IMG/VR virus record: IMGVR_UViG_3300033388_006651
Span: 82,770 to 146,769 of that record
Length of the DNA stretch: 64,000 bases
Strand: one strand, 5' to 3'
Origin: a virus
Shown: piece by piece, positions 38,801 to 47,442 of the stretch
Numbering within the stretch: the stretch's first letter is position 1
Layout of the letters: every line of letters starts with the position of its first letter
Made by a program: the position numbers and the translations under genes
Notes under the pieces: model-generated
Database searches by the model: none
Told to the model about the DNA's origin: nothing
The model's input: the letters and a program-made list of their open reading frames with translations, nothing else

Positions 38801-40149
38801 GCGGTGTTCTCGAACTTCGTGGTGGTTTGGACACGGGCGCACCGGGTAAGCCGGGTTCTGTTTCGATTAAGGCAGATTCCACGGCCAGTTCTGGTGGGAC
38901 CGGGGCTGTCGACCTGCTTGGTGGCAACATTGCCAGTGCAGGCGGCGCCCTACTTACTGTAGCTTCGGGAGATCCGAGCGGTCCTCGAGGCGGTGGTATT
39001 GCCCTCCAAGCCGGCTCGGGCACCGGGGTCAACGTCCCGGGCGGCACTATTTCCCTGAACGCAGGTCAGAGTCAAGGCACCGAAGCCGGCGGGGATGTCT
39101 CCTTGAGTGCGGCCACCGGCGGTGTGGGTGCAGGCACCGGCGACGGTGGACGTGTCGTGTTGGCCAGCGGTATCGCAGCCGGTACCGGGGGCACGGGCAA
39201 CATCGACCTGGTTGTCGGAAGTGGAACGGTACCGCCGGTTCAGTTAGGCAACCTGAACTTCATCTCGCAGCCCGAGGGCGGCGACGATCTCACCTCGAGC
39301 GTCTTCACGATCTCCGGGGCGAGTTCGGCATCGGGTGGTGGTTATTTCATGCGAGCAGGTCGTGCCGATGTCGGCAGTACCGGCGACGGTGGTGACATCA
39401 GGCTGCTGACCCAAGATGGGGATGCGGGCGGAGACCCGGGCGCGATCCATCTTCTTGCGGACGGCGCTACTCCGGCGGTAGTCGGGGGTGGCGACATCCA
39501 AGCGGTTGCCAAGTTTACGGCCACTACTGGTGAAGGCGGTAAGCTGCGTTTGACTGCGGCTGCGGGCGGTGGGGTTGGTTCAGCTTTCCTCAGTGGTGGC
39601 GATGCCGATGCGGCGTCGGCCCTCCCTGGGGGCAGCGCGTCGGTATTGGGTGGCGCTGGTGACACTACAGGACCCGGTGCGCCAGTCCTCCTCATGGGTG
39701 GGACAGGAGGCGCAACCGGAGACGGTGGCAACGCGAGAGTGGCTGGCGGCACTGCTACTGGTGGTGCCAATGTCGGTGGTGATGTTATCCTCTCCCCGGG
39801 CGCAGGTCCTGGTGGGTCCGGTGTGGTGGACGTGGACGGTCCGATCAATCCGGCTGGCGCAGGGCTCCAGTTCAGCTTCGGAGGTTCCGTTGGCGTCTCC
39901 GCCGTTCCAGGAATCATTGACCCGACTCTGTTGGTTGCCGGGGCACCACCGATCTCGTTCGTGGTGCCATTCAACGCAGCGTTCCTGGCCGCACCCCAAA
40001 ACGTGCAGGTCACGTTGGCCCTGTTCGTTCCTGGGCCGTTGGCATCGATCTCCTACGCCATCACGTCGATCACAGCTACGGATTTCACGATCGTGTTCGA
40101 TGGCGCTCCGCCCGCGGGATTCGGGTTTACCTGGGACGCGAAGCTGTAG
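32851..40149 (+). CDS. Giant (2432 aa) modular fibre/adhesin-like virion protein
   Basis: Gly-rich shaft repeats, three internal ~230-aa globular repeats, and a fibre-type C-terminus (PFNAAF...VQVT...ITATDFTI). Confidence 0.82.
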   Translation: MANPPANRRPGVDADIFQGTWLRGFDVPAGNNDPAANPCDLIISNGKSQIDETVSDLYIWNRTLDREQPMFIFAVGNDFTSLVAKFGVYAGVLPDPNGILTDEIGSLYLSNNPAALWQNQNGGDTWEKISDDLGGESLQETLAIGNVTGGFNLQVTNGDFIIGVENSTGGTGADVQVFGGPATGITGDGGQAVIVGGTSVGGNTGAVGVFSRDTTNAGVSGNVNVRTGTSLLGGNSGSIDMRTGNTGAPGILGVSGVFGFIGGDSLTTGALGVGGQLFARGGSATEDGQGGNMLLYAGHAVTVPPAPFIPVNAAGQGGNVLLQSGNSSGTRAGGLVVLTGGTGGSSGGVGGTIILDPGAGGGGAGDGEVVATKVLRADNIKRGDSDPNSVVSGNEGDVYQRTQGGIGQVWVNTNGSITGWKQLAFAGDLVEALQQMQNGYVSPSMMGFGGTDEELYSDVGLYKGLRTDESLGGTVDGSFVDSGPVLRFAVSESIGALNQRAGLDMITSGVMGPGVRLENRFFATFAFNTRSLDSNTCRFFLGLTGNTLAAQLGTDLPGGDYIGFMRSNLNANWLVVHRGGGAANFANTGIAKTTTDVDTDVYYFIVDATDGLTPLVRFFILDPDLNVISSITVNSDLPDVTATELWPAVGVQNVNGAGGGTSFLKMSHAGITTKAATVAQGGGTGTGGLTLGQVLLNGNQTDAILIEVNQGSGLLGVVDDNAGDGADVLVFGGATTLVGNDTGGVIVASGSAFGGGAEGAGATTGALVLTSGFQLVVTTLGDTGIVDIQSGDHAGTDGTTGDFFLRTGGFTNGAAGTRVQGDILIAAGSFIPNTATTTGEIIIKGGSSSLTGVDGGDVTIMSGENNSAIGDTGDIDIETFDANLDGDSGVLELATGTGGSNAGDSGFLTLATGAAIAGSSGAIGFGTGAAGNGAAGGILMLIGDSTVGNGSAIALFSGTTTDAAGFGGDIEFTPGTGPLGDGAVIINGKLTVTGAIDPTALLLDGQAVIPPEVVPTASQGTLWVDNTGATGQLIYTNSDGDNNISTGGGVTTLDALTDVTVTGPAAGEVLMLDGALQWVNAAGAGGSPLATILAIGNTTGAIPIVIEDSLGARLTSDGDLVLDPSVTPGDAVVIDGLRWPEADGAGGFVLTTNGIGQLSFQAPGGSSGLSFAESFTRMQWGSIQPSLGVVNSTGIFAPAFEIGSVLTTSDTVEGVRRNFSTAAIAADEAGVQGVGSGITIGSLPFVTIKFDGVTPDTGVRFFAGLTNDLTPLNTPTVQLNSALPARRYIGVQIYTDVPQTTLQFVTDDSTGAPLTFNTTISPAGLVGLTLTIDGTTAGQVTLTLYDSTGAQLSTTTFAANLPTATAALYPFCAAHTIDGIVKSSAMYVMQGVTRADLLNAAGGGGGNQDLTSVLGFGANTGGIPIQGDDNAGGGGGGLDLIAGSSTGGGGSGGDVTVLGGSPDPAGNGSGGSTFFTAADGAGTGIGGELIFNAGEGGVLGGNGGNIAFTPGAGPGAASADGGSFFVFGAPGGGTGGDGGRVGIVAGDALAGNFDGGPIEFSAGDASGTGIGGEFIFNAGDGGAGGGDGGSLTLTAGAGLGGGSDGVITLDGEVFITGKLNVTGMIDPPGLLMSSSGVIPFTPVGTEGGIWVNNAGELIFSNLGGDLNLSTAIGGGMTFLDALLTAQYGFLGPGNTFGGPQSYGVFGSSVNTAVSPGPPPASATIGQDSDGPFLNLAVAADAGGSEVFLGTLDLQIQRDSQFKARFKFQVTSPAHTDERIFIGYTDDATSTTPSPQLALDHPVPGLQYMALAQSLAGFNLEFVAQGSGGAMGAVFAIPTDALVHYFEIDASAASGDVTFRVYAADGVTIEAAHTELASFLLPDLSLPTRPFIGITNSTTTTTPRSLDFYDATVVTRADVVDAVTGGGSGGTSTLSAVLASGNTTGANGIEFSLLNTGITTETNAGGNGQDLLIAAGDAGAATSSGGVLELRGGLDTGAPGKPGSVSIKADSTASSGGTGAVDLLGGNIASAGGALLTVASGDPSGPRGGGIALQAGSGTGVNVPGGTISLNAGQSQGTEAGGDVSLSAATGGVGAGTGDGGRVVLASGIAAGTGGTGNIDLVVGSGTVPPVQLGNLNFISQPEGGDDLTSSVFTISGASSASGGGYFMRAGRADVGSTGDGGDIRLLTQDGDAGGDPGAIHLLADGATPAVVGGGDIQAVAKFTATTGEGGKLRLTAAAGGGVGSAFLSGGDADAASALPGGSASVLGGAGDTTGPGAPVLLMGGTGGATGDGGNARVAGGTATGGANVGGDVILSPGAGPGGSGVVDVDGPINPAGAGLQFSFGGSVGVSAVPGIIDPTLLVAGAPPISFVVPFNAAFLAAPQNVQVTLALFVPGPLASISYAITSITATDFTIVFDGAPPAGFGFTWDAKL

Positions 40150-40171
40150 CGGCGTAGGAATCTAGACGCAG

Positions 40172-40205
40172 AAAAGCCCGTGGAGCTGGAGCCCTACGGG
40201 CTTTT
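40172..40205. terminator. Bidirectional terminator
   Basis: AAAAGCCCGTGG...CTACGGGCTTTT between convergent genes. Confidence 0.8.
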
Positions 40206-40214
40206 CGCTGTGGT

Positions 40215-40937
40215 TTAGTCCTTTTTCACGCACACCTTGATTGATCCGGTCCAAGTATCGCACTTCATTGTTCCATCGAGGCAATCATCGTCGGTTTCAC
40301 AGAAACGAGTGCAGCAGAAGTCATCCCAGGATTCGCTCGGCCACTGGTTATCGGCTGCGGGGTCAATCTCGCACCAGTCCATGGCAAAGAGGTCCGACTC
40401 GACGCAGGCCAAATGGAGGCAGCCCGTGTAGGTCGTGTTGAACCCGCCGCCACTCCACTGATCGCAACCGCTCTTGTGCGAAGTGCCGTCCCCTTCGCTG
40501 TCGCGAAGGGGGAGGCAGTACATGCCCGTGACCTCTTGTTGACCCGGTCCAGGTGAGACGAAGCCGAGGACACAGGTGTGGGGAACGATTTGGCTGTCAG
40601 GGTTGTAGAGAACCATCGGACCATCGGCGCATTGGCCGATGCCCTCGTGCATCTCAATTGGGTTGCAAGGGTAGTAGGGCGCGATGGGTTCCTGGGCCGT
40701 GCCGGTTTCACCATCGCCGTCGCCGTCGCCGTCGCCATCGCCCGTGGAACCATCATCAGTTTCACCTTCGGCATCGCCCGTTTCGGATCCATCGGTGCCT
40801 TCGGCCGTGCCTGCTTCTGAGGCGTCGGATCCTGTCAAGGTGCCGTCTGTGGCTCCCTCGAGGTTAGGGGAGAACTCTGTGGCGCAAGCAGTCAGGAGGC
40901 TCGCGGCCAGCAACATCGTGAAAAAAGTTCGGTTCAT
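40215..40937 (-). CDS. Myxobacterial-type Cys-rich lipoprotein with GDGDGDG linker
   Basis: Lipobox LTA|C; acidic T/G/D linker; Cys-rich C-terminal domain; GGAGG RBS. Confidence 0.85.
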   Translation of the reverse strand: MNRTFFTMLLAASLLTACATEFSPNLEGATDGTLTGSDASEAGTAEGTDGSETGDAEGETDDGSTGDGDGDGDGDGETGTAQEPIAPYYPCNPIEMHEGIGQCADGPMVLYNPDSQIVPHTCVLGFVSPGPGQQEVTGMYCLPLRDSEGDGTSHKSGCDQWSGGGFNTTYTGCLHLACVESDLFAMDWCEIDPAADNQWPSESWDDFCCTRFCETDDDCLDGTMKCDTWTGSIKVCVKKD

Positions 40938-40958
40938 CGGGAAACTACCTCCACAACA

Positions 40959-40984
40959 TACACGGAGCCCCGGAAGATTTTACA
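40959..40984 (-). promoter_or_regulatory. Class-A motif TGTAAA-N14-CGTGTA
   Basis: Exact spacing, upstream of the lipoprotein RBS. Confidence 0.7.
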
Positions 40985-41359
40985 TCAAACTCTTGATCCG
41001 CCTGGGATAACGCTTCGCAAAAAGCCCTCGGAGCCCTACTAGGGGCCCCCTATAGGGGAAAACATGTTTTTGGCGCTAGGAACGCATTGCGATCCCGCGA
41101 AAGGAGCCTTCTGGAGCCCTTGGGCGGAGTGCGCAGCGAATTCTCCTATGGGCGCCCCTCAGATGAGAAGGCCGGATGAACACCACACCCAGCATTTTTT
41201 CGTCGATCTCGTTGGCGCGCAAAGCGGCCTTTTCCTTTTCCACGAATGCGTGGAGTTCGAGGGGCGTGGCCGAAACGTGCGTCCTGGTTTCGCAAACTTC
41301 GCGTCAACGCACGCGGTTTTAATCCCTCTATGGGCCTCCCTTCATAGGAACGCACGTAG

Positions 41360-44300
41360 ATGTCTACTCCTTTTGCAACCCGAGGGACCGGGGATCTCAT
41401 CATCAGAGACGGGGACACCGTCTCTGGTGACAGTGCTACGGGTGGCGCAGGCGGCAACGTCACCGTGGAGGGTGGCAACGCCACCGCAGCATCAGCCACC
41501 GATGGCGGCGATGTTATTTTGCAACCCGGTCTCGAGGACGGCGCTGGATCGATTGGTGAAGTTTCGGTCACGAACCGAACCGGCACCGAAGACGACCCGA
41601 TCATCGCGTTCAGTTCGGCTTCGGGAAATTCACATACGATCCGTTGGCGCGTCGGCACCATCGAGCCGAACTCCGACCTCGTGCCGGCTTCGGCCGGTGG
41701 CGATCTTTACGTTCGCAGCGATGGCACGATGTGGATCGCGACGACTTCGGGAACGGGAAACTGGTCCCAGGTCGGGAGCGGTGGAGGCACCACTCGGATT
41801 GCGCAGTCGGGTGTCATCACTGAGGCGCTTCAGTTTTTCGTTGATTTCAACAATCAGAGTTCTTGGACGCCCAACCAACTAACGACGTGGACCGATACCA
41901 TCGCGGCTGTAGCAGGCACAGCCTCAAATACTTCGATTGTAGACGGCCATCTGAATTTCAATGGCACCACCTCTTTAGTGAACTTTGGGGTTCTCCCGAC
42001 CGCTTTGGTGGACCTCTTCGCGGGAGGAGGAACTCTCGCTGCGTGGGTTCGTCCTGAATCTGCGGGTGAAAGTTCCATTGGGCGTATTTTTGACACCACC
42101 GATGGGAGTAACTCAGACGGGTACTATTTTCGCGTCAACAGTTTATCTGGCGGGATGATCGGGCTGCGTCTCGATATGGCCTTTAGCACGGGGTCTGTTC
42201 AGTGGGATACCACCAACCGAGATTTGACGATCGACGAGTGGAACCACGTGGTCGTGGTGTTCGACTCAGACGCGGCGAACACCACTCCTCCGGTGTTCTA
42301 TGTGAACGGTGTCCTGGTTACGTCTGGTGCGGCGACTACAGCGGGAACATTAGATACGGATTCCGGTCGTCAACTGATCCTCGGCAATCGTTCGACCGGA
42401 GTGGCGACTTTCGATGGGGACATCGAAATCGCCATGATGTACGACGGTATCAAATCGGCGGAAGAGGTTTCGGATATCTATAAGACTCAATCACCTCGAT
42501 TTTTCGGGGGGTGGGGGCCGGATCTTGTAATCAGTAACACTTCCGACGGGACCGATGTCGTTATGACCGACGGCGACACCTTCCGGGGCGTTGATGCCAC
42601 GTCAGGGTCAGCTTTCGATCTAGCTATTCGGGGCGGTACCACGACCGACACTGCTGTCAGTGTCGATGGCGGCGACCTTCTCCTCACGGGTGGCTCCACG
42701 GGCAGTACGAGTTTTGTTGGTAGCGCGAACGGTGGGCACGTCCGTATCACTGGTGGTGGAACCGCGGGTACAGGGTCGGCGTCGGGCGGTGGCGTTTTCA
42801 TCACGGGTGCGACGCCGACAAGTGGATCCGGAACCGGTGGTTCGGTCACGATCGCTTCCGGTGACGGGGCGACCGGTGGTGGAAACGCGAATGCCGGTGA
42901 TGTGTCCATCACCACGGGTGATGGAGCGAACGCCTCGGCCAGTGGCGGAAGTTTCTCAGTAATCTTGGGAGCGTCGGCGCCAGGCAGTGGTGCAGCCGGC
43001 AGCATCACCATGACGGCCGGCGCCAACCCGGGCACCACGCTGGGTACCCCGGGTGGTGATGTCACCATCACATCGGGTACTTCACTTGGCCGTACAGGAA
43101 GCGTCTTCATCCGGAGCGGGGACAACCTCGACACCGCTGTTCCCGGGTTAACCAACACAATCGGCAATATCACGATCGAGACGGGAACCGTCACTGGTGG
43201 TTCCGAGGATTTCACTGGTGGTTCGATTTCGATTACGTCGCAGGGAGACACCAGCGGCGGCGCCGATAGCGTAATCGGTGGCAGCGTTTCCATTTCTGCG
43301 GGCAACACAGGGTTCTCCAACCAAAACGGCGGTGACATCAGTCTCACGGCTGGCGACACCAACGGGTCCAACCAACGGTTCGGTGGCAACATCAGCCTGA
43401 CGGCTGGCAACCAACTTCTCGGGGGTGCTTCGTCTACTTCTGAAGGTGGCTCCATTGTGATGACGCCCGGTACGTCTGCGGCCGGCACCGCTGGGCGTGC
43501 CAAGATCGCCGGCACCGGCACCTTGGAGATGATCGAACGCACCACCGCGCTCGATTTCATCGCCGGGTCTGGATACTTCTGGGTTCGGGATGACGGACCC
43601 AACGTCCCGATGTTCACCGATGATGCGGGCATGGACTGGCAGCTTGCGGGTTCGGGAACAGGTCTTCAAAGCGCATACGAATCTGACAACAGCATTATCA
43701 CAGACGCGGGAAACGGAAATTTCGATGTCAGTGGCACGGAGGCCATTAGCCTCGACGCTTCTGCTGCCTCGAATTTCACGGTCGCAGGTGCGAACCTAGT
43801 TCTTGCCACTACGACATCAGGAACCATTGATATCGACGGCGCGTCAAACGTCACGATTGACAGTATATTTGGCGGCATCGCCCTCGCCTGTACCGGGGCC
43901 GGAAGTTTCACAACTTCAACTGGTGATTTGACCCTCAGCACCTCCAACGCAACGACGGCCGCGGATATCTTCGTTACAGCAGGCAACTCTTCAGGTGCCG
44001 CGACGGCAGGTGGTGCCCTTACGCTAGATGCGGGTGATGGCAACACGGCCGGAGCAGGCGGTGCCCTCACCGGAACGGCCGGAGCAGGTGGCACAACAGG
44101 TACAGGCGGTGCTGTCAGTTTTACAGGAGGCGACGGTGGCCTGGCTGGCGGTTCGATCAACCTCACATCGGGTGAGAGCACCGACGTAAACAACACGAGT
44201 GGTGACATTCGCCTTACCGCGGCGAAGGGGGTTGGTATTGCAGGAGCGATTCTCCTTACCACGGAAAGCGATGATCTCACCTCAGCCCCGGTGACGATCG

Positions 44301-44722
44301 ATACCCAAAGTGGTTTTGCAGACCAGGGTGAAAACAAACGGACGTTTGGACGTTCGGAAGCGATTGCGCTTTCAACGAGCAACCAAGCAGTCGTCGCTCT
44401 TGGAGCGATTAGTTCCAACGGCGATCAGATGCGCATTGAGGTCAAATTGACCGCGGTGGATACCCTCGTTCCTACGAACGTGATCTCGTATCGTTTTGAT
44501 GGGGATTTTTACCGCGACACCGGCACCGTCACCGCGATCACACCCCACACAGACACAAACGTGTTGGTTGGGGTGGCTGCGTTCACGGATAATCTCAGTT
44601 TCAGCATAGGCATCAGCGGAGGCACCCTCCAGTTGGAGTTGACTAACGACGACGGGTCCAACGCGTACACTCTCAAGATTTCGGCAACTTTCATCACCCA
44701 GCTCGGCGGTGCCTCCTCGTAG
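41360..44722 (+). CDS. Large (1120 aa) fibre-like protein with a LamG/ConA-like domain
   Basis: LNFNGT...TLAAWVRP...EWNHVVVVFD...FYVNG...FDGDI plus a Gly-rich shaft. Confidence 0.85.
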   Translation: MSTPFATRGTGDLIIRDGDTVSGDSATGGAGGNVTVEGGNATAASATDGGDVILQPGLEDGAGSIGEVSVTNRTGTEDDPIIAFSSASGNSHTIRWRVGTIEPNSDLVPASAGGDLYVRSDGTMWIATTSGTGNWSQVGSGGGTTRIAQSGVITEALQFFVDFNNQSSWTPNQLTTWTDTIAAVAGTASNTSIVDGHLNFNGTTSLVNFGVLPTALVDLFAGGGTLAAWVRPESAGESSIGRIFDTTDGSNSDGYYFRVNSLSGGMIGLRLDMAFSTGSVQWDTTNRDLTIDEWNHVVVVFDSDAANTTPPVFYVNGVLVTSGAATTAGTLDTDSGRQLILGNRSTGVATFDGDIEIAMMYDGIKSAEEVSDIYKTQSPRFFGGWGPDLVISNTSDGTDVVMTDGDTFRGVDATSGSAFDLAIRGGTTTDTAVSVDGGDLLLTGGSTGSTSFVGSANGGHVRITGGGTAGTGSASGGGVFITGATPTSGSGTGGSVTIASGDGATGGGNANAGDVSITTGDGANASASGGSFSVILGASAPGSGAAGSITMTAGANPGTTLGTPGGDVTITSGTSLGRTGSVFIRSGDNLDTAVPGLTNTIGNITIETGTVTGGSEDFTGGSISITSQGDTSGGADSVIGGSVSISAGNTGFSNQNGGDISLTAGDTNGSNQRFGGNISLTAGNQLLGGASSTSEGGSIVMTPGTSAAGTAGRAKIAGTGTLEMIERTTALDFIAGSGYFWVRDDGPNVPMFTDDAGMDWQLAGSGTGLQSAYESDNSIITDAGNGNFDVSGTEAISLDASAASNFTVAGANLVLATTTSGTIDIDGASNVTIDSIFGGIALACTGAGSFTTSTGDLTLSTSNATTAADIFVTAGNSSGAATAGGALTLDAGDGNTAGAGGALTGTAGAGGTTGTGGAVSFTGGDGGLAGGSINLTSGESTDVNNTSGDIRLTAAKGVGIAGAILLTTESDDLTSAPVTIDTQSGFADQGENKRTFGRSEAIALSTSNQAVVALGAISSNGDQMRIEVKLTAVDTLVPTNVISYRFDGDFYRDTGTVTAITPHTDTNVLVGVAAFTDNLSFSIGISGGTLQLELTNDDGSNAYTLKISATFITQLGGASS

Positions 44723-44730
44723 GTGTAGCT

Positions 44731-45063
44731 ATGGTTGTCATCAAACAAAATGGAATTCCAGGGGGAGCTATAAAGTTCACGTCCGTTAAGATCGCGGCCT
44801 ACGACATTTTGGCTGACGAACACATCCAGTACGACCCGACTGCGGGGGGCTTCACTTTGAAGTTGCCCCCTACGGCGGCAACGAACACCCAGGTTGGTTT
44901 CAAAAACTGCTCCACAAGCACTAACAGCGTCACCATCGACGGGAACGGGCACAACGTCGAAAACCCTTCAACTCCGGGAGCGACGGTCGCATCTTTTGTG
45001 ACAACGACTGCGGGTCTATCAATCATTTGCCAGTTCAACGGAACCGAATGGTGGATCATTTAG
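44731..45063 (+). CDS. Short tail-fibre-type domain protein
   Basis: TLKLP...VGFKN...VTIDGNG...FNGTEWWI. Confidence 0.7.
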   Translation: MVVIKQNGIPGGAIKFTSVKIAAYDILADEHIQYDPTAGGFTLKLPPTAATNTQVGFKNCSTSTNSVTIDGNGHNVENPSTPGATVASFVTTTAGLSIICQFNGTEWWII

Positions 45064-45073
45064 GAGAAATGTT

Positions 45074-45460
45074 TTGACCTACATCCCCGCCACCCCTGTA
45101 TTTGCGTGCTGTCCTTTTGGAGCCAAAAGTGACGACACGGGAAAGTTTCTACTCGCCAATGGCAGAGCAACCGATGCGGATACTGCCTCCAAAGCGAAAA
45201 CCCAACAGCCGATCGGGCTCACCGGGACGCTGACTCATTTGGTCTACAAGACCAAAGAAGGCACAAGCAGCACCCAAATGAAGGTCCACGTCAATGGGAT
45301 TGTTGCGGCCACCGTAGTTCTCTCAAATATCGACGCAGACTTTGGCGGCGTCGAATCGATCAGCGTCTCCGTATCGGCGGGGGATTACGTGGAAATTGAA
45401 TACGACGCCAGTAATCAGCCGGGAGAATGCACAATGTATTTCATCACGGAGATAACATGA
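45074..45460 (+). CDS. Beta-rich fibre-associated protein
   Basis: AGGAG RBS with TTG start; SVSAGDYVEIEY. Confidence 0.65.
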   Translation: MTYIPATPVFACCPFGAKSDDTGKFLLANGRATDADTASKAKTQQPIGLTGTLTHLVYKTKEGTSSTQMKVHVNGIVAATVVLSNIDADFGGVESISVSVSAGDYVEIEYDASNQPGECTMYFITEIT

Positions 45461-46077
45461 TCGTTGCAATCTACCCTACAGGCGCGGGGCTCGTGCCTTA
45501 CACTGAATTTCGCGTTGCGGTCGATGTGGCTACGGCGCTCGCAGAGTTCGTTGCAGAGTACACACCACCGGCTACTGGATACGCCGGGCTGGATACCGGA
45601 TGGGCAGCAGTTCAGGATGCAGGATTTCACATGGTGTGGAACGTGGACCGTGATGCGGATCCCGATCCTGTTCTGCTCGCGGTCGCGGAAGTCCCCGATC
45701 TGATCTTCGTCGCTGCGATCTCTCTGTCCGAGGCCACCGTTTTGTCAACAGCATGGGAGACAATCGACGGCGTAGTGAGCCGGATCGGTGGTTTCGTTGA
45801 TGTTGCGAATGACGCGGTGGGAGGTATCAGCGGGTACGTGAAGGTCGATGGTGGGAGCTTCAAGATGAGGTTGTGCAAAGGTGAGCCGTCTGTCCCGATA
45901 TCTGCCGAGTATGTCCATGTGGACACAGGCGGAGTTTGGGAGTTTTTCCAGTTCAATTCTAACGCTGACCCAGATCTTGTGCGCCAGGTCTACACGGTCG
46001 AAGGCGCCCTGGTCGGAGTGGCTACGTCAGCTTCGGTTCGTTTCGGATCTTTGAGCATTTTGAAAAAAGATTGGTAA
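45457..46077 (+). CDS. Fibre-associated hypothetical protein
   Basis: ATGA coupling; GGAG RBS. Confidence 0.7.
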   Translation: MIVAIYPTGAGLVPYTEFRVAVDVATALAEFVAEYTPPATGYAGLDTGWAAVQDAGFHMVWNVDRDADPDPVLLAVAEVPDLIFVAAISLSEATVLSTAWETIDGVVSRIGGFVDVANDAVGGISGYVKVDGGSFKMRLCKGEPSVPISAEYVHVDTGGVWEFFQFNSNADPDLVRQVYTVEGALVGVATSASVRFGSLSILKKDW

Positions 46078-46081
46078 CAAC

Positions 46082-46579
46082 TTGATCATCGCCGTACACA
46101 CACGCGCATATCAGGAGGCCAAAGCTAGCGAGGCCAAGAATCACTCTGCGTCGCTGGTCAATGTCTTTGCTAACACGCTGAACGCGAACACGACGCCCAC
46201 CGAGATCGGGTTCTGGGATTCGGAGTCACTGTCTCAGTGTCACCCAGAAAAGGGCTACTCCGCATCGGCCTCTGGCCTCGTTGTCCCAGAGTCTGGCGTC
46301 TACTCCGTAAGTGGTCTCATCTACTACGAGGCCACGGATGCGTTCGTCTGTATCGCAATCGAACCGGCATTGGACGGGGAGCCTATGGGCGCTCGTGTTG
46401 TCGGTCAGTTCATCCGAAACCGTAAAGGCCTCAACGAAGCAAGCTGCTCGTTCGGCGGATACAGAGTCGCAATAGAAGAGGGGTCGCGTGTGAGCGTAAA
46501 CCGGATGAGGTTAGCTAAGCCTGGGACAGTGAAAGCGCTAGCCGCTAAAAGTTACTTGAACGTAGCGAGGCTGAAGTGA
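46082..46579 (+). CDS. C1q/TNF-like beta-sandwich protein
   Basis: GLVVPESGVYSVSGLIYY pattern; start uncertain. Confidence 0.5.
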   Translation: MIIAVHTRAYQEAKASEAKNHSASLVNVFANTLNANTTPTEIGFWDSESLSQCHPEKGYSASASGLVVPESGVYSVSGLIYYEATDAFVCIAIEPALDGEPMGARVVGQFIRNRKGLNEASCSFGGYRVAIEEGSRVSVNRMRLAKPGTVKALAAKSYLNVARLK

Positions 46580-47442
46580 GCGTTTACATCATCCCCACAA
46601 AGGATGCGGAAGCGCTCAACAGCTATGTCGCGTCGGGCGGTCCAATGTTGTTCGCTTACGAGAGCGATCACGGATGGATTTTCGATAGCGGTTCGTTTCC
46701 GACAGACTTCGATTTCGACGCGGCGCTCGTTGCGTGCTCTCTAGGCTCCGACCTTGACGGCTATCTTGCCGACAAGCCTTTGCTGTCATCGAGGCATTGC
46801 AAGATCTACCGCTACCTACCCGATGGTGACCTGGACCTGCTCTCGCCGCCGATGTCGGTGAACTATCGCACCGGTCTCGACCGCAGGCTCGAACGCAAGA
46901 CGACGCGCCTGCTTGGAGATGTGGTTAGCGTGGAGTACTTCGACGCGGCGACGTTTGAAGCGAATGGGTCTAAGAGCTTCACTGATCGCGTAATCGTCGA
47001 GGAGTACAAGTGGATCCGAGACCCACCGGGAACGCTTAGGCGTGACATCATTATTCGCTGGGATCTTGAGGACGGGACCACGCACACCGAGACCAAGCCT
47101 ATGACTCGGATGTATTCGCCGGACGAGCGCATGCTAGCGGGCGAGTGTCGTCGCAAGTCGATCATCACTGACCTCAAGGTGTACGTGAGCGGCGTGCTAC
47201 TTGCGACACAAGGAGTCGATTCTACAGATAGCGCGCAGATCGAAGCTGTTCTAGATTTGGGGCGTGCCTTCTTGCGAGACTACGCAGTCGAAATCGCCAG
47301 CTACGAGATGGGTGCAGATCAGGCGCTGTTCGACGCCATCAAGAATGATACGCTCCACGCATGGCTAGACACTCCTGTCGGTCCTGGGAAGACAATGCGG
47401 GCTGAGGTGCTTGCTGCGATCAACATTTGGAGGATCGTGTAA
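46576..47442 (+). CDS. Hypothetical protein, possibly for fibre assembly
   Basis: GTGA coupling; 288 aa; atypical codon usage. Confidence 0.7.
   Translation: MSVYIIPTKDAEALNSYVASGGPMLFAYESDHGWIFDSGSFPTDFDFDAALVACSLGSDLDGYLADKPLLSSRHCKIYRYLPDGDLDLLSPPMSVNYRTGLDRRLERKTTRLLGDVVSVEYFDAATFEANGSKSFTDRVIVEEYKWIRDPPGTLRRDIIIRWDLEDGTTHTETKPMTRMYSPDERMLAGECRRKSIITDLKVYVSGVLLATQGVDSTDSAQIEAVLDLGRAFLRDYAVEIASYEMGADQALFDAIKNDTLHAWLDTPVGPGKTMRAEVLAAINIWRIV

Noticed and set aside
41064-41882. 272-aa ORF overlapping the LamG fibre gene start
   Set aside because: It overlaps 41360-44722 out of frame by more than 500 nt and looks non-coding. A short ORF after the 41146 motif cannot be excluded.
26605-44418. 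Long antisense ORFs (e.g. 34684-37074, 29128-30357, 37345-38466, 42487-43632)
   Set aside because: They are shadows of Gly/Thr/Ala-rich sense genes whose codon bias removes antisense stops; they have no motifs or RBS.
39900-47442. Diversity-generating retroelement acting on fibre tips
   Set aside because: No reverse transcriptase and no adenine-mismatched TR/VR pair were noticed in this window.
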